Below are positions 48,719 through 56,784 of a DNA stretch of 64,000 nucleotides, one piece after another. Source of the DNA: Chloroflexota bacterium (GTDB lineage: Bacteria; Chloroflexota; Limnocylindria; Limnocylindrales; CSP1-4); assembly GCA_003171065.1 (NCBI GenBank), contig PMXQ01000080.1, positions 7,948-71,947 of the forward strand, written 5' to 3'. Under the pieces are notes generated by a model, which saw only the letters and a list, made by a program, of their open reading frames with translations, was not told the DNA's origin and did not search any database. The stretch's first letter is position 1; each line of letters opens with the position of its first letter. The translations under genes were made by a program, and so were the position numbers.

Positions 48719-49381
48719 TCAGTCCTGCGAAGCCTGGCGGAGCATGTCGGCCAGGGCGGCGTACCCGCCTTCGTCGGCCAGGTCGGGCGGCGTGCGCCCA
48801 TCGTCGGCGGGTCGAGTCGGATCGGCGCCGCGAAGGAGCAGCAGGTCGACGATCGCTTCGTCGCCGTTGTGCGCGGCTGTGTGCAACGGCGTCCAGCCGC
48901 CCTTCTGGACCGCGTTGGCCGAGGCTCCGAGGGCGAGCAGCAGACCGGCCAGGTCGCGATGCCGCGCTGAGACGGCGCTGTGGAGCGGCGTCACGCGCGA
49001 GTCGTTGGCGGCCACGGCGTTGCGATCCGCGCCACGCTCCAGGAGCAGCCTGGCCACCTCGAGCTGTCCGAAGTGGGCGGCCAGATGTAGCGGCGCGAAG
49101 CCGTCGCCGCCTCTGTCTTCGATCTCCCATCCCTCGGTCAGCTTGCGGCGAACGACTGCCACATCGCCGAGTGCGGCGGCCTCGAACAGGCTGAGCGCCT
49201 CTGGCCCGACCTTCTCGGCCAGCCTCTCGGCCAGTCGTGGATGACCGCCGTAGGCGGCGGCGAGCACGGGCGAGAGCCCGGCCTCGTTGCGGGCCTTGAG
49301 CAGGCCGGCGTCGACCGCCAGCGCCTCGTCGACCGCCTTCTGGTCGCCCTTCTGGATCGTCTCGAAGAAGTCAGCCGTCAT
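48719..49381 (-). CDS. Ankyrin-repeat protein
   Basis: Repeats GFAPLHLAAHFGQLEVARLLLERGADRNA and GWTPLHTAAHNGDEAIVDLLLLRGADP. The ATG overlaps the upstream stop (ATGA). Confidence 0.85.
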   Translation of the reverse strand: MTADFFETIQKGDQKAVDEALAVDAGLLKARNEAGLSPVLAAAYGGHPRLAERLAEKVGPEALSLFEAAALGDVAVVRRKLTEGWEIEDRGGDGFAPLHLAAHFGQLEVARLLLERGADRNAVAANDSRVTPLHSAVSARHRDLAGLLLALGASANAVQKGGWTPLHTAAHNGDEAIVDLLLLRGADPTRPADDGRTPPDLADEGGYAALADMLRQASQD

Positions 49382-50808
49382 GCATCGCCCTTTCCGGCGC
49401 CCTTCCGGAGCGCGATTTCGTGCAGTGCCTCGACCAGCCGGTCGATCTCCGCAGCGGTGTTGTAGTGGACGAAGCCTACACGGACCATGCCACCCGATTC
49501 GGCCAGTCCGAGCGCGCGGATCAGCTCGTACGCGTAGTAGTCGCCGTCCCACACGGCAATGCCGCGCCGGCCGAGCTCCGTGGCGATCTGGCGTGGGGAG
49601 TGGCCTGCCAGCGTGAAGGCGAAGGTGGGAACGCGCTCGGCCAGGCGGTTCGGGTCGACGATGCCGCGCAACCTCATGCCCGGCACATCGCCCAACGCCG
49701 TCAGCGCGCGCCGGGCCAGACCTCGCTCCGTGGCGCCGATGACCGCCATGGCGGCGCGGAGTCGGGCGCGCCGAGTCGTGGCCGCGCCACTCCCACTCGC
49801 GCCGCCACTCCCACTCGCGCCGCCACTCCCACTCGCGCCGCCACTCGCGCCCGCGCCGCCACTCGCGCCGTGCGTCTCGCCCAGCCACTCCAGGTACCCG
49901 AACGTGGCGAGCAGCCCGGCCAGCGACTCGCCCGGGAGAGTGCCCGTCTCCCATTTGCCCGGCGGCTCGTTCGTGGCCGGGCGGACTTTGTACGCAGCCA
50001 GGCTCTCGAGGAGATCCCGCCGCCCGTAGAGAAGCCCCAGATGCGGCCCGAAGAACTTGTAGGGGGAGCAGACCAGGAAGTCGGTGCCCAGCGCCGCCAC
50101 GTCCAGCAACACGTGCGGTGCCGCATGGACCGCGTCCACGTACGTGAGAGCGCCTGCGGCGTGGGCCATCTCCACGATCCGCGGAACCGGGTTGAGCGTG
50201 CCCACGGCGTTCGAGGCGAGCCCGACGGCGACCAGGCGCGTCCGCGGCCCCAGCGCTCGCTCCAGGACGTCCAGATCGAGCGTGCAGTCTTCCTCGTGGA
50301 TGCCGACCCATCGGACCCGCACGCCCCGGTCCTCCTCTAGGGCGAGCCACGGAGCCACGTTGGCGTCGTGGTCGAGGCGCGTGACTACGACTTCATCGCC
50401 TGCCTTGAGGGTCCGCCCGATCGCGCGGCTCAGCGCGAAGGTGAGCGTAGTCATGTTCTGCCCGAAGACAACCTCGCTGGCGTCGGCCGCCCCGAGGTAG
50501 TCCGCCGCAGCCGCGTGAACCTCGGCCAGCATGGCGTCGCTCTCTTCGCTCGTCGGAAAAGCGCCCTCGTGGTTGGCATTGAAACGCCCGAGGTATTCCG
50601 CCATGGCGTCGATCGTCCGGCGAGGCACCTGTGTGCCGCCGGGACCATCCAGATAGACGTATGGCCGGCCGTCGTGCTCGCGCGAGAGCGCCGGGAACTG
50701 CGCTCGAACTGCGCCGACCCCGGCCTCGGTCAGAGGTTCGGCAGCGGCACTTTCGAGCGGCACGGACGGCGTGGCAGAGGGGTGGGAGGCTGGTCGATCG
50801 GCCGGCAT
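49378..50808 (-). CDS. Class V aminotransferase / cysteine desulfurase-like PLP enzyme
   Basis: The fold-type I pattern includes the PLP-lysine motif FLVCSPYKFFGPHLGLLYG. The start is placed at ATG 50808 (MPADRP). It contains an internal Gly/Ser/Ala repeat insert. Confidence 0.85.
   Translation of the reverse strand: MPADRPASHPSATPSVPLESAAAEPLTEAGVGAVRAQFPALSREHDGRPYVYLDGPGGTQVPRRTIDAMAEYLGRFNANHEGAFPTSEESDAMLAEVHAAAADYLGAADASEVVFGQNMTTLTFALSRAIGRTLKAGDEVVVTRLDHDANVAPWLALEEDRGVRVRWVGIHEEDCTLDLDVLERALGPRTRLVAVGLASNAVGTLNPVPRIVEMAHAAGALTYVDAVHAAPHVLLDVAALGTDFLVCSPYKFFGPHLGLLYGRRDLLESLAAYKVRPATNEPPGKWETGTLPGESLAGLLATFGYLEWLGETHGASGGAGASGGASGSGGASGSGGASGSGAATTRRARLRAAMAVIGATERGLARRALTALGDVPGMRLRGIVDPNRLAERVPTFAFTLAGHSPRQIATELGRRGIAVWDGDYYAYELIRALGLAESGGMVRVGFVHYNTAAEIDRLVEALHEIALRKGAGKGDA
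49781..49868. repeat. Imperfect 18-bp tandem repeat (GCCGCCACTCCCACTCGC-like, about 4-5 units) inside the aminotransferase CDS
   Basis: Read directly from the sequence. On the minus strand it encodes GASGGAGASGGASGSGGASGSGGASGSG. Confidence 0.9.
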
Positions 50809-51087
50809 GGTGCTCCGCGATTGGGGAGAGCGTGACCTGTCGATGGTACGACGCGGCGGCCGACCAAGGCGTAGCCCGAATCCGCCGACCTCCACCTGAC
50901 TGGGAGACTGGCTGTGCCGGCGGGGCGTCAAACGAACCTCATGCAACCGCACCGGACAGGCCAAAGCTGCAACGAAACCGCAGGGTCCTGGGCAACGTTG
51001 AGACGCCGGATTGACGGCTTCCGGCGTTCCATCCTACAAGTAAGGGTAGTTACAGGAGGACCGTTTGGCAGGTGCCATACCGGCCAC

Positions 51088-51117
51088 TTGACTAATCCCG
51101 AGTAACTATGTATACAT
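51088..51117 (+). promoter_or_regulatory. Candidate sigma-70 promoter (TTGACT-17 nt-TATACA) overlapping a perfect 10-bp palindrome ATGTATACAT
   Basis: TTGACT at 51088-51093, a 17-nt spacer and TATACA at 51111-51116. The palindrome is at 51108-51117. It sits in an AT-richer divergent intergenic region upstream of the IclR gene, a plausible autoregulatory operator. Confidence 0.4.
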
Positions 51118-51253
51118 TAGGGCGTTCCGCTGCGCGAGACGAAAACCAGTAACCGAGTCGATCGACAGGGCTGGATTGGTCGGTAACGGATCACCTGACA
51201 CACGCAGATAGCCTCACTCCGGCTCGGGCGCGGAGCGAAGAAGGGGGTCAACT

Positions 51254-52075
51254 ATGCAGGCAAGCAGAACCATGGACCCATCAGGCGGCAGCCCGCAAGG
51301 AGTAGAAGTGGTGCTCGACGGGAACGCGGTTCGGTCGGTTGACCGGGCCGCCTCACTCCTGATCGCTCTGGGGGAGTCGCAAGGGGAGGCAGGCGTAACG
51401 GAACTCGCCCGGCGCCTCGGACTCCACAAGTCCACCGCATCGCGTCTGCTCGCCACGCTCCAGAAGCGCGGCCTGGTGGAGCAGGACGACGACTCGGGCA
51501 AGTACCGGCTCGGACTCGCGGTCGTGCGGCTCGGCGGTCACGCCGAGCGGACTCTCGATCTGCGGTCGATCGCCATGCCGGAGCTAGAAGGGCTCGCCCG
51601 CGGCATCAAGGAAACCACCAGCCTGGAGATCCTCGAGGGCGACACCGCCCTGACGATCGCCTACTCGGATGCCTCGGGAATGGGCCGCGACCGATCCGGT
51701 CGAAGCGCCCCACTCCACGCCACGGCTCCGGGCAAGGTTCTGCTGGCCAATCAGCCCGAGCGCGAGGTCATCCGCCTCTCGAGGGTCGGCTTCACGCCAT
51801 ACACGTCCCACACCATCGTTCGCGTCGATCTCCTGCTCGAAGAGCTGGCTCGCGTTCGCAGGCGCGGCTTCGCCACTGCCTTCGGCGAGTTCGAGCCGTC
51901 GGTCAATGCCATCTCCGTGCCCGTCTACGACCAGCGGACTTCGGTCGTGGCGGCGCTCGAGGTCAGAGCCTCGGGCAATCGAATCCTGCCCAGCCGCGTG
52001 CCCGAGCTGGTGGAGCGCGCACGCGACGCCGCAGCAGTGATCACGGAGCGCATCGGCGGGGTCGCCGCGGTCTAG
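51254..52075 (+). CDS. IclR family transcriptional regulator
   Basis: N-terminal wHTH LIALGESQGEAGVTELARRLGLHKSTASRLLATLQKRGLVEQD plus an IclR-type effector domain (GFATAFGEFEPSVNAISVPV). Confidence 0.85.
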   Translation: MQASRTMDPSGGSPQGVEVVLDGNAVRSVDRAASLLIALGESQGEAGVTELARRLGLHKSTASRLLATLQKRGLVEQDDDSGKYRLGLAVVRLGGHAERTLDLRSIAMPELEGLARGIKETTSLEILEGDTALTIAYSDASGMGRDRSGRSAPLHATAPGKVLLANQPEREVIRLSRVGFTPYTSHTIVRVDLLLEELARVRRRGFATAFGEFEPSVNAISVPVYDQRTSVVAALEVRASGNRILPSRVPELVERARDAAAVITERIGGVAAV

Positions 52076-52214
52076 GGCTGCGGCCCTCTTCGGCGGGTGC
52101 CCGCGCTGGGGCGGGGCGCAGACCACATAAGTTCACCTTTCGCGGCCCCTCGGTCCCCCTCCCGAGGGGCCGCGCCATATCTGCCAGCGGCGGGGCCCGA
52201 GCGGGCGCTAGGCT

Positions 52215-53150
52215 ATGCGAATGGCAGCCTTCGACATCAATGTCACTCCGCCCTGGGGTGGCGACCAGTTGGACCTGGGTCCGTACGTCGGCCTCGTTGC
52301 GGCGATCCTGGGCATTCTGGTCGCGGCCGCGATCATCATCAGACTGACCCATCTCTTCGTCCGAGGCATCGTACGGGCGCTCCTCAACCGCGAGAACGTG
52401 GAGGGGACCGCGCACGAGTTGACTGCCGCCGAGATCAAGAAGCGCCAGGACACGATCGAGACTCTGGTCGTCAACGTCGTCCGCTTCTTCGTCGTCGTGA
52501 TCGCGGCCCTGATGGTCCTCGAGACGGCTTTCAGCCTCGATGTCGGCCCTGCGATCGCCGGCCTCGGGATCATCGGCATCGCCGTCGGGCTGGGCACGCA
52601 GAGCCTGGTCCGAGACTACCTGAACGGCGCCCTGGTCTTGATCGAGAACCAGTACTCGATCGGCGATGTGGTCAAGATCGCCGACGTCTCGGGCAAGGTC
52701 GAGGATTTCACCCTGCGCCGGACGACGCTACGCGACCAGGACGGTGCCCTCCATACCGTGCCCAACGGACTGATCATGGTCGCGACGAACCTCACGCGGG
52801 AGTGGGCACGGGTCAACGAAGACGTGCGCGTGGTCTACGGCACGGACATCGAGAACGCAACCGCCGTGGTGGACCGCGTGGGGCGCCAGCTGGCGTCGGA
52901 ATCGGATTGGGGCCCTCGGATCCTGGAGGCGCCGCGCGTAGAGCGAGTCTCGCAGCTGGGCGAATTCGGAGTAACGCTCAAGGTTCTGGGGACCGTCAGG
53001 GCGTCGGAACAGTGGGCCGTCAGCGGTGAGCTGCGCAAACGGATCCTGGCCGCGTTCGCGGAGAATGGCATTGAGATGCCGCAGCCGCAGCGCATCGTCC
53101 TGGCCGGGCCGAAAGCACGCGGCAGCAGGCCCCGGCCGAAGGCGGAATAG
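52215..53150 (+). CDS. Mechanosensitive ion channel (MscS family)
   Basis: Three TM segments followed by ENQYSIGDVVKIADVSGKVEDFTLRRTTLRDQDGALHTVPNG, the MscS beta-domain signature. Confidence 0.85.
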   Translation: MRMAAFDINVTPPWGGDQLDLGPYVGLVAAILGILVAAAIIIRLTHLFVRGIVRALLNRENVEGTAHELTAAEIKKRQDTIETLVVNVVRFFVVVIAALMVLETAFSLDVGPAIAGLGIIGIAVGLGTQSLVRDYLNGALVLIENQYSIGDVVKIADVSGKVEDFTLRRTTLRDQDGALHTVPNGLIMVATNLTREWARVNEDVRVVYGTDIENATAVVDRVGRQLASESDWGPRILEAPRVERVSQLGEFGVTLKVLGTVRASEQWAVSGELRKRILAAFAENGIEMPQPQRIVLAGPKARGSRPRPKAE

Positions 53151-53218
53151 GTCGAAGCGGGCTCGAGCGAGGGGATGGGAAGCCGGCGGGACGGCCCTGC
53201 GTCGACCGGGGCGATGAC

Positions 53219-54475
53219 CTACGAGGCGCGAACCGACGGGTTGGTGTTCCGCCCGCCGCCGAAGATGCCCATGAAGCCGCTGCCGACCTTGGCCAGGCCT
53301 GGCTCGGCCGTGGCGATCATGCGGTCGGCGAGCGCCTCGATGTCCTCGATGACCTTCTCTTTGGGGAAGCGTTCTACGGCGGAGCGGCCCTCGTTGGCAG
53401 CCCGAACGAAGAGCATGCCGGCAGACCGAATCTCCGCCAGCGCGGGCATGCCGACGGTTCGTTCCATGTCGGCAACCGAAACGCCGCTGTTGGCACGGTT
53501 CACGACCATGGCCAGGCGCTCGCGGATCTCGAGCTCGACCGCCACCTCGCGGAGCTGGACCGCGGCCCGGATGGCAGGCACGTCGGGCGTGACCGGCACG
53601 AGGATCTTGTCGGCCCGCTCGAAGATGACCTGGTTGAGGGGCCCGTAGTCCGGGTGCATGTCAACCACGACCCAGTCGAAGGCCTGACGAGCGGCAGTGA
53701 TCGCCTCGGCCACGCGCTTCGGCTCGAGGATCTCCGTGTGCAGCGGCGACTCCGCCATCACCAGCACCGCGACGCCGTTGTGATGGACTGAGGCGATTTC
53801 GGCAAACGACTCGACGGCGCCGGTGGTGAGGTCTTCCGTCCACGCATCGGCGACGGTGCGGACGTTCTCCATGCCCAGCGACGAGGCCACATGCCCGGTC
53901 ACGGTATCGCAGTCCACGAGCAGCACGCGCTGCTCCTTGCGGAGCTGCAGCATCGCGGCGACGTTGACCGCTATCGTCGTCTTGCCGACGCCACCCTTGG
54001 GGTTGAACACGATGACGATCTGGCCGCGGCGGGAGTCTCCGTTGTCCGCCGAAGGTCCGCCATCGGTATGGATGACGCCGCCGGTGGACTCCTCCGTGGG
54101 GACCTCAGCGCGGATGAGCATCGCCTCGACCCGCCAGCGCAGAGACTCGGCGGAGTAGGGGCGAGTGAAGTACTCGTCGCTGACACGGGCTCGTCCCGCC
54201 AGTCCCATCCGGTCCAGGGCTCGGGCCGCCACGACCATCAGAGCCGGGATGTTGCGGTCGTCGTCGTGGAGGAGACTGTACATCTCGATCGTGCGATCGA
54301 AGTCGTTCTCCCCGTCCAGGATGGCCACGCCGATGTCCCGGCGCTGGTCGAGAAGAACCTGGAGCTCCTCGGCAGTGTTGACGGCAAGCGCGTCGTAGCC
54401 GGCCTCAGCCAGCTGCGCGCTGACGGCGGCCAGCTCCGCAGGCGGTAGGGCGATTGCGACTGCTGACCGGGGCAC
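53219..54475 (-). CDS. ParA/MinD-family ATPase with N-terminal pseudo-receiver domain (CpaE/TadZ-like architecture)
   Basis: Deviant Walker A IVIVFNPKGGVGKTTIAVNVAAML. The N-terminal 120 aa have a CheY-like pattern (DIGVAILDGE ... YFTRPY) but lack the N-terminal acidic pair. Confidence 0.8.
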   Translation of the reverse strand: MPRSAVAIALPPAELAAVSAQLAEAGYDALAVNTAEELQVLLDQRRDIGVAILDGENDFDRTIEMYSLLHDDDRNIPALMVVAARALDRMGLAGRARVSDEYFTRPYSAESLRWRVEAMLIRAEVPTEESTGGVIHTDGGPSADNGDSRRGQIVIVFNPKGGVGKTTIAVNVAAMLQLRKEQRVLLVDCDTVTGHVASSLGMENVRTVADAWTEDLTTGAVESFAEIASVHHNGVAVLVMAESPLHTEILEPKRVAEAITAARQAFDWVVVDMHPDYGPLNQVIFERADKILVPVTPDVPAIRAAVQLREVAVELEIRERLAMVVNRANSGVSVADMERTVGMPALAEIRSAGMLFVRAANEGRSAVERFPKEKVIEDIEALADRMIATAEPGLAKVGSGFMGIFGGGRNTNPSVRAS

Positions 54476-54519
54476 TGTGACGGGGTCTCCCTTTGGTGCG
54501 CGGGCGCGACGCCGTAAGT

Positions 54520-55455
54520 CTAGCCTTCAGCCTCCGGGTCGTGCGCGGAGACGTTGAGCACTCCATCGCGCTCAGAGACGACCCTGGCCTGGAAGTTGGG
54601 TAGTGTCGAGATGAGCGAACCCAGCGAGATATCCGGGCCGTGGCCCACGGTGAAGATGAACTCGCCGTCTGGGCCGGACGAAACGCCGACGTTCTTGACG
54701 CCGGGCAGACGCCCCAGCTGGCGCTTGAACGTGGCGATGCTGGCCACGCTGACGAGCCCGACGACGACGACCTGAGTCGATTCGACCACCTCCGGCTTGG
54801 GCGCGGCAGCGGCACGAGCCTCCCTGGCGGCCTCCTCTTCGGCAGCTGCGGCAGCTGCGACATCTTCAGCGGAGGGCTCTTGGGGAGGACTCACTACCGC
54901 TTCCGGTTCGCCGCCGAGCAGGTCTTCGGAGCGCATGATCTTCTCGCGCCGCGCCTTGATTTCGGTCGCGAGAGTGCCCCGCTCGGATTCCGCAAAAGTG
55001 GGCGGGTCCGGCATCTGTGCTGCCATGCTGGCGAAGACCGTCGGATCGGCTTCCTGGAGGAGCTGCTCGAAGAACTGAGCGACTTCCTCCGTGAACCCCG
55101 AGACGCGCTTCTGGACGCGCTCGATCTCGAGCTCGATGGCGGAGTTGTACTCCTGCAGCTCCTGCTCGAGCAGCTCGCGACGCCGGGCGATCCGCTGCTC
55201 TGTCTCGACCCGGATGCGCTCTACTTCTGCCTTGGACCAATCCCGGATGGCGCTGACGTCGGCCTCGGCGCCCTTGCGCAGGGATGCCGCCTCGTCGTCC
55301 GTGCGCGCGTGGAGCTTCTCGACGTACGCTTTCGCATCTGCCTGGCACTGATCGATCGTCGCCTGCCGCGCCGTCTCGGCGGTCGAACGCATGGCCTGCG
55401 TGAGGTCCGCCAGGAATCGGTTCGGATGACGCGCGGCCGTCTCGTTCACGCTCAT
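54520..55455 (-). CDS. Coiled-coil protein, paralog A, with an extra C-terminal globular domain
   Basis: MSVNETAARHPNRFLADLTQAMRSTAETARQA...RRRELLEQELQEYNSAIELEIERVQKRV...DPTVFASMAAQMPD aligns without gaps to 55809..56519. It carries an additional C-terminal VVVVGLVSVASIATFKRQLGRLPGVKNVGVSSGPDGEFIFTV. Confidence 0.65.
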   Translation of the reverse strand: MSVNETAARHPNRFLADLTQAMRSTAETARQATIDQCQADAKAYVEKLHARTDDEAASLRKGAEADVSAIRDWSKAEVERIRVETEQRIARRRELLEQELQEYNSAIELEIERVQKRVSGFTEEVAQFFEQLLQEADPTVFASMAAQMPDPPTFAESERGTLATEIKARREKIMRSEDLLGGEPEAVVSPPQEPSAEDVAAAAAAEEEAAREARAAAAPKPEVVESTQVVVVGLVSVASIATFKRQLGRLPGVKNVGVSSGPDGEFIFTVGHGPDISLGSLISTLPNFQARVVSERDGVLNVSAHDPEAEG

Positions 55456-55620
55456 CTCCCCGTTTGTCTCTCCGGGCCCCGGCCGGGCGCCGGAGTCTAC
55501 CCGATCACGTTTGCTACCCAGTGCTTGGTCACAGGAACGTTACCGCAACGGGCCCGTGGCTCCAAGCGCCATTATCGCGGGTCCAAGGTTAGCATCCGGA
55601 GGCTTTCGCTCTGTTGGATG

Positions 55621-55691
55621 ATGGGCCGGGTGTTGCCGGCGGGCACTCCGCTGGAGGTACCAGGACTAACCGCCCTTCCGTACCGCCTCAC
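55621..55691 (-). ncRNA. Conserved ~70-nt noncoding element, copy A (two predicted hairpins), about 165-235 nt upstream of paralog A
   Basis: About 62 of 71 positions are identical to 56670..56739 by hand alignment, while the flanks do not align. Hairpin 1 is GCCGG/CCGGC around a GTGTTG loop. Hairpin 2 is GGTAC...GTACC. Whether it acts as RNA or as a DNA operator is unresolved. Confidence 0.4.
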
Positions 55692-55808
55692 AGCCGCTGT
55701 CCTTCCACATATGTCCACCCAGACCATTGCGTGCCGAGCCAGTCACCGCAGCGCGTACGGGCGGTTCGGCGCCTGGCGAGCCTCCGCGCGTGAGGCCCCG
55801 AGTCGCCT

Positions 55809-56519
55809 CTACCGGGGCTCTTCCGCGTGGGTTTGCGCCGCGGCGCCAGCGGCGGAGTGCCTCCACCAGCGATCCCGAGGCTCCGTCGCCTTCTCGCCGT
55901 TGGAGCCGGCCGTAGCCGGAGCGTCTGAAGCCGGAGCGTCTGAAGCCGCGGCCGCCTCGGCCGTGTCGGCGGGCTCGCCGCGTTCGGCGCGTTGGGCCCG
56001 TTCGTGCTTCGCTCGGAGCTCACTGGCGAACGCCTCTCGGTCCAAATCGGCGAAGACGGGCGCGTCGGGCATCTTGGATGCCATGGTGGCGAAGACGGTG
56101 GGATCAGCGCCCTGGAGGAGCTGCTCGAAGAAGTGAGAGACCTCGGTCTGGAAGGTCTCGACCCGTTCCTGAACGCTTTCGATCTCAAGCTCGACTGCGT
56201 CGTGGAACTCCGCCAGCTCCTGCTCGAGCAGCTCGCGGCGTCGGGACATGCGCTGCTCCGTTTCCTGGCGAACCCGTCCCACCCTGGCCTTCGATCGCTC
56301 GCGGATCGTGGCCACGTCGGCCTCGGCTGCCTGCCGCAGTTCCTCGGAATCGTCCAGCGTTCGGGCCTGGAGCTGTTCCACGTACGTCTTGGCGTCGGCC
56401 TGGTACAGCTCGATGTCCGCCAGCCGCGCCGCCTCGGCGGCCGAGCGCATAACCTGCGTCAGCTCCGCCATCAAAAGGTTCTGGTGGTGCGCCGCCGACT
56501 CGTTCACGCTGATCTCCAT
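55809..56519 (-). CDS. Coiled-coil protein, paralog B
   Basis: MEISVNESAAHHQNLLMAELTQVMRSAAEAARLA...RRRELLEQELAEFHDAVELEIESVQERV...DPTVFATMASKMPD. It has a low-complexity acidic/Ala tail containing an (SDAPA)x2 repeat. Confidence 0.65.
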   Translation of the reverse strand: MEISVNESAAHHQNLLMAELTQVMRSAAEAARLADIELYQADAKTYVEQLQARTLDDSEELRQAAEADVATIRERSKARVGRVRQETEQRMSRRRELLEQELAEFHDAVELEIESVQERVETFQTEVSHFFEQLLQGADPTVFATMASKMPDAPVFADLDREAFASELRAKHERAQRAERGEPADTAEAAAASDAPASDAPATAGSNGEKATEPRDRWWRHSAAGAAAQTHAEEPR

Positions 56520-56669
56520 GGTCCCGGCCCCCGCGTCCTCGCAGAACGGAGGCTAGAGGCCCACGATACTACCCCGCGTCCGGCCCGGGCCCAACCATGA
56601 CACACCAGCCTCGGGACGCCAGCCCATTGTTGCGAGTCCCAGGCCGGGCGGCTAGGGACTTTTCCGAAG

Positions 56670-56739
56670 CATGGCCGGGGTGTTGCCCGCCAGCACCCCG
56701 CTGGAGGTACCAGGACTACCGCCCTTACGTACCGCCGCA
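56670..56739 (-). ncRNA. Conserved ~70-nt noncoding element, copy B, about 150-220 nt upstream of paralog B
   Basis: See copy A. Hairpin 1 here is CGGG/CCCG, with one compensatory pair change relative to copy A. The 1-nt indel and one substitution fall in the hairpin-2 loop. Confidence 0.4.
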
Positions 56740-56784
56740 CGCGAGGGATGCCAAGGGGAACCGGCGATGGTCGCCGAGGCCAGC

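Noticed and set aside
34796-49868. Possibility that the short tandem repeats (34796, 37584, 39262, 49781) are CRISPR arrays
   Set aside because: The units are 13-18 bp and directly abutting, with no unique spacers, and there are no cas genes. They are simple tandem repeats, and two of them are in frame within coding sequence.
48719-50350. 543-aa minus-strand ORF
   Set aside because: Only its last 220 aa (from ATG 49381) form the ankyrin protein. The upstream part is an alternative frame of the aminotransferase gene.
55621-56739. Conserved short peptide (MMGRVLPAGTPLEVPGL / MAGVLPASTPLEVPGL) encoded on the plus strand of the duplicated element
   Set aside because: A 1-nt indel (ACTAACC versus ACTACC) shifts the frame while nucleotide identity continues downstream. 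The ORFs are also antisense to the surrounding operon. Conservation is therefore at the nucleotide level, not the peptide level.
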